A DNA stretch of 64,000 bases from Proteromonas lacertae (Eukaryota), in NCBI GenBank assembly GCA_002245135.1, contig NGBS01000899.1, forward strand, positions 1 through 64,000, written 5' to 3'. Numbering within the stretch: position 1 is the stretch's first letter; each line of letters starts with the position of its first letter. The notes under the pieces were generated by a model, which was given only the letters and a program-made list of their open reading frames with translations, made no database searches and was not told where the DNA came from. A program made the translations under genes and the position numbers. Of the stretch, positions 48,596 through 63,705 are shown one piece after another.

Positions 48596-51500
48596 ATGTC
48601 TAGCTCAAAATTATTAAGTGAATCATTATACAAGACATATAAAGCTATACCGAATACTCGTTATTTAGATGAAAAGGGTATAATTTAGTTACTTACTCAT
48701 AATTAGATCTTGATATTATATATGAGATGATTAAATGCTGTGAAAATAAATACAATAAATCTGATTTTCATTTGGACGAAATATTATTAGTTTATAGCGA
48801 GATACTAAAGAAGAACAATATCAACCCTGATAATGATATGATCTTTTATCGGACTCTAGTGAAAATGGATCAAAGATGTAAAAGTAAGAACTGGAATGAA
48901 AAGTTCGAAATTCTGAAAAGAGTATAATAATGAATAATAATGAACTAGCATACAATATCCAGATTATCATTTCTAAGTGGTGATAAACCATCAGTAATAC
49001 AATCCCCTTCTGTAAGATCGTTAAAAGTGAGTGATTTAAAATCTAAACCCAAATCTTCTAGAAGAATTTCATTTTCTCCAGATACTCACTTTACAACATC
49101 ATCCAGAAGATCTACATCCTTTTCATTTAATCCTGATGATAATTCAAATACATTTTCAAAATCTTATAATTATCATCTCCCAGATAAATCATTTAATAAC
49201 TCTACGTTTTATGACAATAATTATTCATTTTCAACTCCATTAAGATCACAATATGATATACAAGAAAGATTTGCTAATAATAATAACAACAATAATTCAT
49301 TTTTAGTATGTTCATCTAACAATAACATCAATAACAACAGTAAGTTATACTTAGATCCAGTTATTGTACCAGAATCAGAATCAGATAATGAAATGACATA
49401 TTTACAAAATCAGAAATGTTCAATTGCTGTATATTATAATGTTTTATATATATTGCAATATAGAATAATTATTATAGTGGAAGACTTAAACAGAAATACT
49501 TTTATGAATGGAAGAATTATTTAGATAATAATATAACATATCCATTAAATGGATCATATATATTTATTCTATTAAAATGGATAAAAACTACACTCAGATT
49601 AAAACCAAATATTAATCTTCCAAATCGTATATCTATATATATATAATTGCGATTAAATAGAGATATATAATGAATTACAATCTAAAAACATACCAAATTC
49701 GATTCTAAACAGAATATCAATATCATCTCAAAGATATGAGAAAGTAATCCAAGCCATAACAATAATGCAAAAATGGCAAAAACTACGAATATTTCATGGT
49801 TGGTTTAATATAAGTAACAGTGTAAGTGGAATAAGAAAGAAAGTATGAATATATATATTAAAATATCTATTTACTGTTTATAGTATATCACTTTAAAGGA
49901 TAGATACAATTATAAACAGATGAGAAAGATGTTTTATTCCTGGAACAAACTAATAAAAGACAAAAAGCATTATTCAATTATAAAAGCTGAGAAATTTTAC
50001 TCCTTGCTTTTATTTCGAAAATGGAAGAATTATCATATAAAAATGAAACATTTTAATGATTTAATAAAGCAATTTCAGAATAATAATAAGATATATACTT
50101 ATAAGATATATTATAAATATTGGCGAAATGCATATATTTCAAAATTATTTTATCCTCAGAGTATAAAGAAATACTCATTCAACAGTTGGAAGAATTATAT
50201 AATGTTATTAAAACGATTTAAGATGATGAGAGAATATTACACTAAACATTTAATAAAGACAATCTTGAAAGAGTGGAAATTAGTTCCTGAGTATTATAAA
50301 AGAGCAGAAAGAATAATAAAGAAACTGAATAAAAAGAAGTTGAAGAAAATATTCGAAATATGGAAGAAATATTGTTTATATCACAAGAAAATGAAGATGG
50401 TTTATGAAACATCGGAATGTTATTATTTTCATAGATTATCATGTAAACTGATAAGAAAATGGAATAAAAATAGTAAATTAGATAAAGAATTGAGAGAAAT
50501 GAAAAAGAAGAAAAGAGAAATATTATGTAATTTATATTATAAGAAGTGGAATAGAAGTTATAAAATGAAAATTGGTTTAATAAAACTAGTAAAAACAATG
50601 ATAAAAATTACATTGAAAAACTCATTGTATAAGTTAAAGAGAATAACTAGAATAATGAAATCAATGAATAATGTAATGAAAGTATATGATTATGAGAATA
50701 AGAAGAGTGTATTTTATAAATGGAAGTTATTTGCTGATTATAAGAAGAATCAAAACATAAAATTGATGAAATATGAGAATAAAGTGAAGAGTGGTATATT
50801 ATGTATGTATTTAGAAAAATGGTATAACTATAAAGAGAAAGAAAGAAAGAAGCTGGAAATGTATTGTATATGTGATATATTTCATAATCATTATGTAATG
50901 ACAAAATCAATAAAACATATCCATAAGATTACCTGTATGAAGAAAGCAATAAAGAAACTGAAGAAAGTTGAAAAATGGAGATACATGGTATTCTGGAAGA
51001 AATATATAACATTCATAAAAGATCGAAATGAAAGATTGAAAGTGGTGTTAAGACTTACAAATAAATTCAATTTATATGAAAGATTTTTGAAATGGAAAGA
51101 TTATTTGAATATAACCAAAAATCATGAAGAAAAGTTATCAGAGTTATACCTCAAGAAAGATTTATCCATTACTAGAAAGATATTTGTTTTATGGAAAGAT
51201 TATTATCATAAAAAGAAAGAAAAAGAAATGAAATATAAGAAGTTGGATGAATATTATAAAGATAATAGAATTCATTATTCAATAAAGAAACTGATGAAGT
51301 ATAGAAAGAAATCTCAAGAAAATAAACAATTAAATCATGAAATGGATAGTTACTATTTAACGAAACAAACCAAGAAGTCATTATTGAAATGGAAAGACTA
51401 TAAAAACACTAAAATTTCAATGAAATCCAATTATAAGAAAGGAGTGATATTCAATATGAAGAAATATGTAGAATTTTGGCATAAATACAGTCGAAAGAAT

Positions 51501-54500
51501 AACAATCTATACTATTCCCATATAACAGTTCAACAGAAACATATGAATAAATATATTCTAAAAATATTCAAATATTGGAGAAGATATGCAAGAAAATATA
51601 AAGAATACAAATTAAAGAATTATAATGCAAAAGTTTACTTCTATTCCAATTTAGCCAAGAAAGTGTTTGATGATTGGAGATTGATTAATATTTATGTATA
51701 TATATTACTCTTTTATATATATAATATAAATAGAGAAAATTGGAGATAAAAATGTTGATAATGATGTTTCAAAAATGGAAGAAATATCATATACATTTTA
51801 AGAAGTGTAAAAGCAGATTAGATAATTGTTTGTTTATCACCAAGAGAATAAAAGAGAAAGAATATTTTGAGAAGATAAAATGGTATGTTAAAGAGTTGAA
51901 GATGAATGATGATTGTAACAAATATCAATTGAAAAGATTAATGAAATATTGGAAAGAATATATGAGAATAAGTAGTTTTGAGAAAAAGATAAATCAACTG
52001 TTAGTTAGAAAACATCTATTGTTTTGGTATAAATATCGATTGTATAGAGAAAACAAATCATTAATCAATGAAAAAGTGAGAATATACTATGAAGCAAGAT
52101 GTGAAATCAGATTTCTGAATAAACTATATAATAAAACACAACAGACAAAATCAATCAATCATAAAATAGAAAAATATGAAATATGGTTAGAAAATACTCA
52201 ATTATTAAGAGGAATAAAGAAATTCAAAGAATTTAGAGAAAGAGAAATGAATATCCGAAATCTAACACTTATAGCAATGAATCATTACTTAAAGTATTCA
52301 ATGAAGAAATATCTACAGTTTTGGAGTTCAAATAGTAAAGAACAAATAATAGAAAAATGTAATGAAGCTCAATTAAATGAATATATTTCAATGTTTTACA
52401 TAATGAAGTTGAAACAGAAGATATTCAACTTATGGAATGAAAATGCTCAAATATTGAAGAGTTATAAGTTATCTGATGAATTCCATATGTTTTACCAAAA
52501 GAAACGAGGTATTATTGGATTATTAAAGAATAAACGAAAATATGAAAGAAAATATAAGAAGTTGTTAAAACGATGGTTGCTTGAAACAAAGAAGAGTATA
52601 TCTAAAGTGAATAGTATTTATTGTCACTTGTTGATAAAAAGATGGAAGAAATATGTGAAATACAGAAATCTGATGAGAATAAAGATATTGAAGATGTATA
52701 GAAGAATGGAGTTAATAAAATATAAGAATGTAATATTGAAATGGAAGAATTATATACAATATACCTATTATAGAGATGAAATATATAAGAGATATTGTAA
52801 TTTTACTGAACAACAGAATTACAATCTGTTATACAGAATATTCCAAAGATGGATAGTATATCATAATATAAAATATGTTGAAAGAATGAATGAAGAAAAG
52901 GCAGATACAATATACAATAGAAAATTAGAAAGATATTACCTAAGAAAATGGTATTATGCTTTAACAATGCATGATTCAAAACAAAGATATTTGATTCATT
53001 TAAAAGTATTTATATTTCCTTGTTATTATATTTTGTATATATATATAGTATAAATGTTTTTTGAAATGGAAACAATACCGAGCTCAATGTCAATTATATA
53101 ATATAAAGTTCATGTTAAGTATTCAACATTGGAAGACCAATATGAAGAGAAAATATTTCATTGTTTGGAAGAAGTATTATGAAGAAAAGAAAGAAGAAGA
53201 TATGAAAATTGCAGAATTTCACAATTGGAAAGAAGAGAATTGTTTAAAATCTGTATTGAATAACTTAAAGTTGAATATGATGTTACAGAAAGAGAAGAAG
53301 ATGAAAGTCGAAAGTGCAAAACTATTTTCCAATAGATTATCATTAAAACATATATTTGATAAATGGAAATCATTCCATAACGAAATAAAAGAAGAAAAGG
53401 AAGAGAAGAAGAAAGAGGAAGATAATAAATTAAGAGTAATATTAAAAGAATGGAAAAAGATAAGTAAATATCGAAAAGCCTATAAGCTACAGATGAAAGA
53501 TATAGAAACTAGATTCAATAAATCAAATCTTCAATCACTGTTTATAAAATGGAAGAATAAAGTGCATAAGATAAAGATGAATAAAAATGAAGTAGAGAAA
53601 AGAATAAAAGAATATGAAAATGACATTCCATTGAAGAGAATGATGTTTAATAATTGGAGAAAAGAAACAAAGATTGAGAAATTCAAAGCTAATCAAGCAA
53701 TGAAGAAATGTTTAAGTGAATGGAAATCAAAATTTCTAAAAAGGAAAGAGCATGATAGAGAAATATACAGTCAAGAAGGTGGTTCAATATTGTATTATTT
53801 CAGAAAATGGTTTGTATAAATATACTAATATATATATATATAAATATTTAATAGAAATATCTGAAAAAGAGAAGAAATATGAACAGATTAACATCAATAG
53901 CGAATAAACATAGAAATAACAAGTTAAAACACTTATTTTTAGATAATTGGAGAGAAAATATGTTAAATGAGAAAGTAGAAGATTATTTGGAAGAAAAACG
54001 AGATAATATTCTATCAAAATATTTCGATATGTGGAATAAAATGCATAGATTAAGACATAAACAATATGTATTTATTCAAACACTATTGCATGGTCCAATT
54101 GCAGCTGCGTTTTATAAGCTGAAAGATTATAATAGACATTATAAAAGACTAGAAAATGCTCCAAAATTGAACTTATTTAAGTATTCTTTTATTGTTATTA
54201 TACTTTTATTTTATAGAGTATTTAATGGATGGCGTAAATTTGCTCATAAGGAACATCATGAGAGAGAAAGCAAGAGAATATTTATAAACAGAATGAAATA
54301 TTCAAAATCTTTACTTCCTTATTGGAAATATTGGAAATCATTAACTCAGAAATTGAGAAATTTAGAAGAATTTGAAACAAAGAGAAAAACCAAAATAAAA
54401 TGTGAATTATTAAAAGAATGGAAGAAGAATGCTGATAGACAAAAAGAAGTAAAAGAAATACTAGAGAAATATGAATCTCATAAAGTAGAGGTAATAAAGA

Positions 54501-55862
54501 ATTATCATTTTAAAGAGTGGAAAGATTATGTAAAATCAAAGAAACATTATGAAAAAAGTTCATTGTCAAATACATTTAACCATTGGAAGAATCTAATCCA
54601 AAAGAAAAAGAAGATTATGAATTTACTGTCTAAAATCCAAAAAGTTCATGTTAATCAACTTACTAATGCATTTCAAAGTTGGCATGAAACAAGTATTCCA
54701 TACATAAAGAATTGTGAAGTAGCAGAGAATCATTTCTTTGATAGAAGTGTAAGAAAGTATTTATTATTATGGAGAGATGAAGTGGTAAATATAAAACAAT
54801 ATAGATATATAAAACAGATATCAATAATGAAAATGTGGAGAAAATTCCTAAAAATGCAAAAGAAATACAAAAAAGAGAAATTAAAAGGAATGAATTTTTA
54901 TAAATACCACACTTATACAAAATTCTTCACAATGTGGAAGAAATACAGATTACACAGAATAGAACATAATTACAATATAAAACAAGCAATTCAATTCCAC
55001 AAAAGACAATGTTTGTGGTGGTGGAGAAGATATGCTGATTTAATGGAAATAGAAAGAACAATTCATGATAATCATAATGTAATAATAGCACAAACTCATT
55101 TCGATGCTTGGAAGAGTTATTTCTTTTATAAGTTGATAGTTGGTAATAAATATATAAAGAATTGGTATTTTTGGACAAAGAAAAGTAAACTATTGAAAGA
55201 AGCTGAAGTTAGATGGTTGACATTAGAAAAGAGTATATGGTTTGGTCAATGGAGAGATAGTTTATTATTTTCCAGAAATGATGTTATTGCTTCAAGATTC
55301 TTCTTACATAAAATGATGTTGAAATGGAAAAGACATGTTCAAATTTATAAAGGAGAAAAACATTATGTTAAACATTTAGAAGGAACAATATATCCAGTAT
55401 AATAATTATTATATTTATTATATATATATATGCTATATATAGATGTTACAAAGATGGTTGGCTATGGCAAAGAGAAATAAAAAGATAAAAACAATAGTGT
55501 TGGAATATGAAGATAAAAATAACCAAAAGAAGCTAAAGAAAGTGATTAATCAATGGATGATGTATAAGAATAAATCAATAATTACAAGAGATTTCAATAA
55601 TACAATAAGAGTATGGGAATTGAAAAGAGGATTAAGGTTAATGAAAGAATATTTGTTGTTTAGAAGGAGAACTGCAAAATTAGCTAAGAAATATTATTCT
55701 ACAAAGCTATTAAAGAAAATATTTTACACATGGAAAGATAAATTCCCTAGTGTTTATATGATATCTACTCCTTCTCCTGTTAAAGGAAGAAAACAGTTCT
55801 CACCTTCAGTTCCAAAATTATCAACTCCTACCAGACTATTAAGAAAGAAATTCTCTCCTTAA
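48596..55862 (+). CDS. SFI1: Sfi1-like centrin-binding protein with many Trp repeats
   Basis: Dozens of K/R-x-F-x-x-W-K/R motifs in basic helical sequence. N-terminal VYSEILKKNNINPDND.IFYR.L.K..W.EKF resembles the Sfi1 N-terminal region. Confidence 0.75.
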
Positions 55863-56066
55863 AGTGTTCTTTTGAAGATAATTATTTAAATCATCTGTTT
55901 TGTTGATAATTTATTATATTCTTTACTTTATGTGTGTATTTCTGTAGATCTAAATAAAAATATTGAGTATTGTTTGGTTATATCTCAAGATATTCAACAT
56001 TGAATATTAATACAGTGTATTGAATTGTATTGCTTTGTATTAATTTCAATTGAATTTTTCTCATCA

Positions 56067-56986
56067 ATGACAAAGTATAATAGTTTTATATAACTGATGT
56101 TTAGATATTCAATGTTATCAAGAACAGTAATGTTTGCTTGTGGAGCAGGAGCAGCTACATTTCTATATACTACTTCAGAAAAGCAAATCTATCTAAGAGT
56201 ATTAATTTAATGATTTTATTTTTTGTAGAATAGTCATATAATACAATCAGTTCTTGACTTACAGAAGAAACACCCACAAGTATCAATCTATTTTTACTAT
56301 TATAGTATCATACATTATTTCCTGATGAAGATAGCACATCTGAAATATTCAGACTTTATTGGAACAGCTCAGTTTTATATATTCACGATTTAATAGCTGT
56401 ACACTTTCTTAGCAAGCCAACTCCATTACCAGAACGTTTAGTAGATGGTGTTATTCACAATGTAACAGAATTTGACAAAGAAGAAACACCAAAATTGATG
56501 AAAGAAAAAGTCAAGACAACCTATGGTGAAAGCAGAAACAAACTCCAAGATAAACTTAAGAACCAACAAGAGAAGGGAAGAGCAGAACTTGATACACTCA
56601 AATCGAAGATGACTGAAACTCAAAGCGGAATTAAACAAAGAATGAATTATATAAAAGATAAAACCATGCCAGTAAAACCACCAAAGATAATTGATGATGG
56701 AACTGTAGTTAAAGCTGAAACTGAAGAATATCAAAATGAAGTAAAGGAATTAACAACAACTGATGGTGTTCCATTTTCTGAAAAAGCTAAAGTAATCTTT
56801 TTAAGATCATATCATGCATCTAAGGAATATTTAACTTTCACATATCGTGAATTAGTAAAGAAAGGAAAAGAAGCTCAAGAAAAGAAGAAAGTTGCTGCTG
56901 AATTACAGAAACAACAACAACAACAACAACAACAATCAGAAAAGCCAGAAGAAATAAATGTTGAAACAACAGAAAAAAAGAATTAG
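56067..56986 (+). CDS. Hypothetical multi-exon protein with N-terminal TM segment and helical, poly-Q C-terminus
   Basis: Spliced MTKYSMLSRTVMFACGAGAATFLY; several short introns; last exon is ORF 56495-56986. Confidence 0.55.
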
Positions 56987-57070
56987 AATTTAAAAGATTA
57001 TATTATTATTATTGATAGTGATTGTTTCTATTATTATAATTATTATTTGTTAATTTTAATAATACTCATG

Positions 57071-57885
57071 CTATAGTGTCAACATTTGAATATCTTCAGG
57101 AAATGAGGTTAATCGAATTAATCCTTCAATTTTCTCACAAGACTCAACATAATCTATCCAATAAATCACAGCTCCACTTCCATACAAATCTATATAACCA
57201 ATAAACTGTTTATCATGATCTTTATAGTTATGTGGAGATCCAAATTGATTTTTACTATCTATCCAATGTATTAGTTCATATTCGTTCGTTTCAGGGTTTT
57301 TTATCATTATAGGTACTACAAATAGAATATCTGGTGTTTTGGTATAAGATAATACTCTTAATTGATCTTCTGTTAAAAATGGAATATTTCTTCTCATTAA
57401 TTTCTGTTCTAAAATGTATTCTCCTGATTTTCCTTCACTATTTGATAATATATCACGACATGCATTCTGTGGATCATTATTTAGACATTCAATCACTTGA
57501 TTTCTTATTTCTTCAGATTGAATTAAACTTGGATCTAATACCATATCTTTTACTTCATTTTTATTGTTGTATTTAGTTTTCAGATAAGCTATTGCTATTT
57601 CAAGTGGTGAATATTTCAAAGATTTAGCTATTTCATATATTGTAATACCTTCCTTAAACTCTGTTACTCTATCAACAACATAATGTCTATATTTCAAATC
57701 ATACATAAATTCATCCCTATTCTTTATTTATCAAATACATTAATATACCAATATACACGATAAAAGTCTTTAAAAGAATATCTATTTTGTGATTGTTCAA
57801 TAATTTTGTCTTCATCTGGTATTTTACAAGAATCTATATAAATTCTAGCAACGTTTACTAACTCTTTATAAATACTATCCTTCAT
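57071..57885 (-). CDS. CDIN1: CDAN1-interacting nuclease 1 (C15orf41, TPD domain)
   Basis: FLTEDQLR..YTKTPD, IHWIDSK.FG, QF.GY..LYGSGAVIYW. Confidence 0.88.
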
Positions 57886-57950
57886 AACAATTAAAAATTA
57901 AAAAATACGAAAATGACAGTAAATTACCAAAATTGACATTTTTGCATTAA

Positions 57951-58593
57951 ATGGATAAAATACAGCAATTGCTTGATATATATAATGGATATAATTACAA
58001 ATTATTACCATCAATAATACCTAAATATTTCAAAACATTTTATTCAAATACAATGACAAATACACAATTCCTCCAAAAATTACAATCACAAGCGCCTGAC
58101 GAATGTGATTGTTGTCATACTAATGGTGAATTACATCCATCCTTTAAATTTGAATATTCATTATTAGAGAAGAAAGCAATAATTAATTATGTCGAAGTAT
58201 ATATTTAAGTTTATTGTATTTAGTTTTTGTGTACTGATTGTTACAATAGTGTATCACTACCTCAAATATTGAATGTTATGTCAGGTGAAGAAGAAGCAGT
58301 TGAAGTCGATCAATTATGCAGACATTTTCTGATTTGTAATGAAATTAATCCAGATGAACATAATTCATATGATGCAGCACAACAATGCTATTGTGTAGCA
58401 TATTCTCTAAACATTTTGTTAAAGTATATGTCGTTTTCTTTAATTTTATAGTTCATTTCCTTTTATTTTTTTCCTTAAACAGTTTACTTTACCTCTATCA
58501 GATGATGTTCCAATAGATGAAGTAATAAAAGCAATTTTGAATAAAACTGAGAAATCGGTGAAACCAAAACCTAAAAAGCAGAGAAAACATTAA
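57951..58593 (+). CDS. Hypothetical protein with two CxxC motifs (HNH-like zinc knuckle) and a basic tail
   Basis: ECDCC..ELH and LCTDC; two introns; one apparent frameshift in a T run near 58465. Confidence 0.5.
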
Positions 58594-58837
58594 TTATTTT
58601 CATTTTTAATTTTGTTGATGTAATAGAATACTGTTTAATTTTTGTATTATTCTCAATCAAAAAATGAAACTCATAAAAATCAAGATATTTGTGGATATTT
58701 ATAAGAATCACCTTAACTTTTAGTAAAGTGAAGTCAACATGGCTATATTCGACATTTAAAAAATGTGGTGTACCGAAAACTATCATTATAAATTTTGGCT
58801 AACATTCATTTTGTTTGTTTGAGCATTTCTATTAAAA

Positions 58838-59485
58838 ATGGTATAAATCTTTATATATATTCCCTTGTGAGTTTTGTTATGATATTATATTTTTCGCATC
58901 TATTAATATAAATCTATACATCCATGTTTCATCTTTCTAATTCATTAGACAACCACAAAGAAACATACAAGACATTTAAGAGGTGCAGTAAGCATGGGTC
59001 ATGGTCGTATCGGTATGTCATTTGTTTTTTAATGGGTAACTAGGTAAACATCGATGTCATGCTAGTGGTAGAGGTAATGCAGGTGGTATGCATCAACACA
59101 GAATCTTATTCGATAAATTGTATCTCATAGAATCATATTTATCATTATAGCCATCCAGGTTACTTCGGTAAAGTAGGTATGAGATGGTATCATGAAAAGA
59201 GAAACACTGAATACTGCCCAACCATCAATCTTGATAAATTATTAACCTTAGTAGATGATAAATTCATTGCTGCTGCCAAAGCTGCTAAAGGAACAGGAAA
59301 AGCCCCAGTTATTGATTTAGTAAAAGCTGGATACTTTAAATTACTCGGAAACGGTAAATTCCCAGAAATTCCAGTTGTTGTAAAAGCCAGATACTTCTCA
59401 CGTGGTGTATATATATTATTTTTTTAATCAATAGGCTGAACAAAAAATTAAAGCTGCAGGTGGTGCTTGCGTATTAACTGCTTAA
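58838..59485 (+). CDS. RPL27A: 60S ribosomal protein L27a (uL15)
   Basis: [52 protein letters not shown]; four introns, the first directly after the ATG. Confidence 0.97.
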
Positions 59486-59764
59486 GAATGGAATATAAAA
59501 TACATAGAAATGCTTTCTTAATATGTGTTTTTAGTTAATAATGAAAAATCAATAATACTTATAATATTCTCAATCATAAAAGTAAAATAAGGATTGAAAT
59601 TATATTTACTGAAGTACAAGATTCATATTTTAGATAAGATTTGCTCCTAAAATTAAGAAAAAGAAATCGAATGAAGCTTGGCTTGAATATCTTAAAACAT
59701 ATTTCTTGATTTATTCTTAATCCAATAAGATTTGCATTATTAAAATATTTCTAAATATAAAACA

Positions 59765-61584
59765 ATGGCAGATGAAGAAAGTATTAAACTTATTTTCTAT
59801 TATAGTTAATCGACATGTTTTTGTTCACGGTCCTGAAGCTATAGAATTGGATGGTAGATCAGGATCAAGATATTGGATATATAAATACACTGAATTCTTT
59901 CCAAAGCAAAAGCCTTTAAATGATAGGTTATCAGGTTTTCCATTTGCGATATTCCCAGGAGCTGGTCGTCATCCATCAGAATGTCCAATTGTATTTCTAG
60001 TGCAAGTATTCTACATACGCTATTCTTTTCTAATTATTTTAGGGAATTGGTTCATCATACAAATGGAATTCTTTCCTAGTTCCAACATTAACAGATATGG
60101 GTATTACAGTATATATGTTTGATTTCCCTTTCACTGGAGAGAGAACATTAGTAGAATTAAGTACACATGTTCCACAGCCAGAACTATTTGAAACAACCTG
60201 TTCAATGTTAGGCAAAGGTTCAGATCTAGGTGATAATTTCGTAAGAACACTAGTACAAAGGATGTATGAAGATATATTCTTCATGAGATCTATTGGAATT
60301 CAATATTACGGTTTTACCTCTGATAAAATTGCATTCATAGGAACATCAACCGGTGTACTACTTAGTGGTTTATTATTTACACGATTTAAAATAGGAGAAA
60401 GACTATATGGAATAACAGGACATCTTGATTTACCCAAATTCTGTCAAACATATATGAATCTTTTATTTCCAGGTTTAGGAACAACACATATAAATCATGT
60501 AGAAGATTGGTTATTAATGGAACATAAAGAATGGCCTCATGATGGTGCATTGTCCTTATTGATATTACTAAGACAATTAATGGAACCTGCTTCTGAAATA
60601 TGTAGAGAAATAGATCCATTGACTTATATACCAATAGATGGATGTAGTGGAAAGAGAGTGAGATTGTTAGTTGGTAAAGATGATAATACTTGTGATTTAA
60701 ATGAATCAATAAAGTGTTCTAAGAGATTTGTAGATGGCGATTGTTATAGTGTACCTGGGTTATATGTATTATATTATATTTTATTTTAATTATGTAATAT
60801 AGTATCCTGGACCAAATGCAAAACCAAATGATCAGTTTATACACCATGTTAGATTCTTTATAGGAACACAATTAGGTGATTGGGCACTTGGATCAAATGC
60901 ATATTTAAGAGAATTAGTTGATCCATTTTCAAATGGATTGTATATTTATATTTTTTATTTATATAAAATAGAACTGAATTTTCTAAATCAAAAGAAAAGT
61001 GGTATACAGTCGGAGAATTACAGCAAATAGAAGATGAAGAAGCAAATAATAAGAAAAGAACAGATTCAGCAACATCAGCAGATACTGGAGCAGTTAGTTC
61101 ATCAGATGGTAATTCAGTCTTATCATCAGCTAGTAGTCCATCTTTAATGTCAAATCCAGACACATCCTATCTCTCACCAAGACCTTTAGAAGAAGATTCA
61201 AAAGGATCTTATTCTTCATTAAATACATCAAATGATGATAATGCGTCAACAATGTCAGGAAGAGGTAATTCTCCAGAACAAGCCAATGTAAATAGTCTAC
61301 CACAACCACAACCACAACCTCCATATCAACAACCTTCACAACAACTACCTCCACCTGTCATTCAAACAAATGCATATAATCCAATACCAACTAATGATTA
61401 TGCTGGTTATCAATATGGACCTCAGAATATGTATTCTTATCATCGTCCTCAACCTGTATTTAGTCCTTCCAAACCCAAACCTGATATTTCTCAACTGGCA
61501 AGAGTGATTGCTGTTTGTCATAAGTGTGGTAAGCCAATAGCCTGTCGTCAATGTTCTTCACCAAGTCCATATGGTTGTCATTAA
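59765..61584 (+). CDS. Alpha/beta-hydrolase-like protein with an S/P/Q-rich tail and terminal Cys cluster
   Basis: IAFIGTSTG (GxSxG), LLVGKDD; C-terminal CHKC..CRQC. Confidence 0.55.
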
Positions 61585-61768
61585 TAGGATTGTTAAAAAT
61601 CCTGTTTTATATATTATTTAATGCTGTTTAAGAATTGTTTATTCTTTAATTTAACCCAATCAAAAACAAATTATATTATTAAAATTAAAATAAAATCAAA
61701 AATACATGATGTAAGAACCTATGTTTCATACGTCTTGACGGTGAGAAGTAACAAGGAGGAAACTATTA

Positions 61769-63205
61769 TTAACTTAATAAATTTACTTTTTTTCCTGTTA
61801 TATCTCCAACAACTTGTAGAACTTCTATCAAATCTTTATTCCATATACCTCTTTGGAAGAGATAAGAACTAACATGACCACCAGGCATATATTTCAATGT
61901 ACATTTCCATTGCTTATAAGCAATATTCTCCATTCGCTGTCTAACGTATTGGTGTGGTATATATAAATCATCTTTTGCACATAACTATTACAAATAACAT
62001 ATAATATAATATTCATACTAAATGAACTGCTTCAGGTATTACTGGTTTGGGGAATATCTCTAAATCAGTCATGGCTAAGAATTTACTTAGTAATTCTTGC
62101 ATCGGTTCATCTTTACCATACTTTATTGGATATAAACAGTGTAATTTCTCTAACCATGGTAATATATTCCTTTTCTTAGCATCTTTTAATAAATCATTCC
62201 ATGAAACACATGTTCTTAATATTCCCTAATAAATACATTATATATATATATATATATATATAATATTATACTCTTGTGAATACTGGTACTGCTGATGGTG
62301 GTCCTAACCATGACGAACATCCAACTGGAAATGGACTTACTGCACTTACCATTGCTGAATGTAGTCCTCCCATACTATTACCAGCTAATGCTACTGGACC
62401 ATATCCATTATCATTCAACCATCGGATTAATGAACATGATTCTTCTATTGTAGCAAATCCGAGACATGGCAAATCACTAACATGACTTAAGCGGAAGTAA
62501 CTCTGTGTTTTTGGTCTTCTATATCCATAATATGGTCCTTCTAATAACTATTTTAATAATAATAATTATTGTTATGAATATATACGATTGTAGCTACACC
62601 TCTTGCAGCTAATGGATAGGAGACGAAATCTCTTCTTCTTTCAAATCCTTCTTCTGCTGTTCCTGGTAGTATTATTGCCACTGGCTTTGGACCTGTATAA
62701 TTATTATCTTCCCAACTTCTTGGTATAACGAATTGGATATAAGCTTTCTTTGATTCTTTGGGTAAATGTGATGCTATTAGTGGATTTGGTGTTTCAAATT
62801 GACCTGCTGCAATTGTTACTTCATCATCATCATAACGTTTTATCCACTCAATCTAACAATATATAATTACATTTTCATATATACATCTATTTTATTTGGC
62901 AACATAAATCTATCTCTATTTATAGCTTTTTCCTGAATTAATTCATAAAATAGCTTTGGAATTGAAACATCTCCCCTAAAAAAATGTAAAACCGAAAGTA
63001 TATACCAACCATATTTAAAGAATAAAGAATTTGGCACTCTAATATTGCAAACAGCATAATCCAATGCTTCGTGAAACTTCTTACCATATAAATAATCATC
63101 AAGCCTAAATATTATTTTGAATATCTGATACATGTTAAAAGCTGGCGTTGCTGATTCTAATATATTCCATGAACGGATGAACTTGACCGCTTTTGTTAAA
63201 TGCAT
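61769..63205 (-). CDS. ABHD18: ABHD18 (DUF2048) alpha/beta hydrolase
   Basis: GQFETP, LPGTAEEGFERRR..PL, LEGPYYGYRRP, GNSMGG, KDDLYIP, PGGHVS. Confidence 0.85.
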
Positions 63206-63705
63206 GTTTTATGTTGACCAGGAGTATAATTTGGATATATAATGTTACTCAAGAATGGTTTAGATGATAATCAGTACAAATTTAGTGAAGATTGAAGAAG
63301 TTTAAAAAGGATTTAAAAATTTCAAAAAGTTTGTCAGTTTGTGTTTTTTATTTTGTAAGTTCGTTTTATAACTACGTCATCTACTTAGGATGTGTGAATA
63401 GACGAGTAAAATGAGCATAATTCTACATGACTAATACATATACTAATTTTTATGGTATTATGCACACTTAGAAATTACACATATTTCATTTCATTTTGAA
63501 TTTAAGTAAATAATTATTTCAGTTATTAGATGATACATTTTATATTACATGATTTGATAGTTATTAATTCAATATAAACATCTTAATTTATTTCAAGAAA
63601 AGGTTTTGTGTTTGAATAAAATAAAGGAATAATAATATTCAATACAATGGCTTTGTATTATAGTAAATTGAAAAATCAAAAAAAAGTGAAAGATTTATTA
63701 ATTAA

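Noticed and set aside
63215..63430. Hairpins upstream of ABHD18 as an H/ACA RNA
   Set aside because: The stems are weak, there is no convincing ACA box, and the region overlaps the expected promoter.
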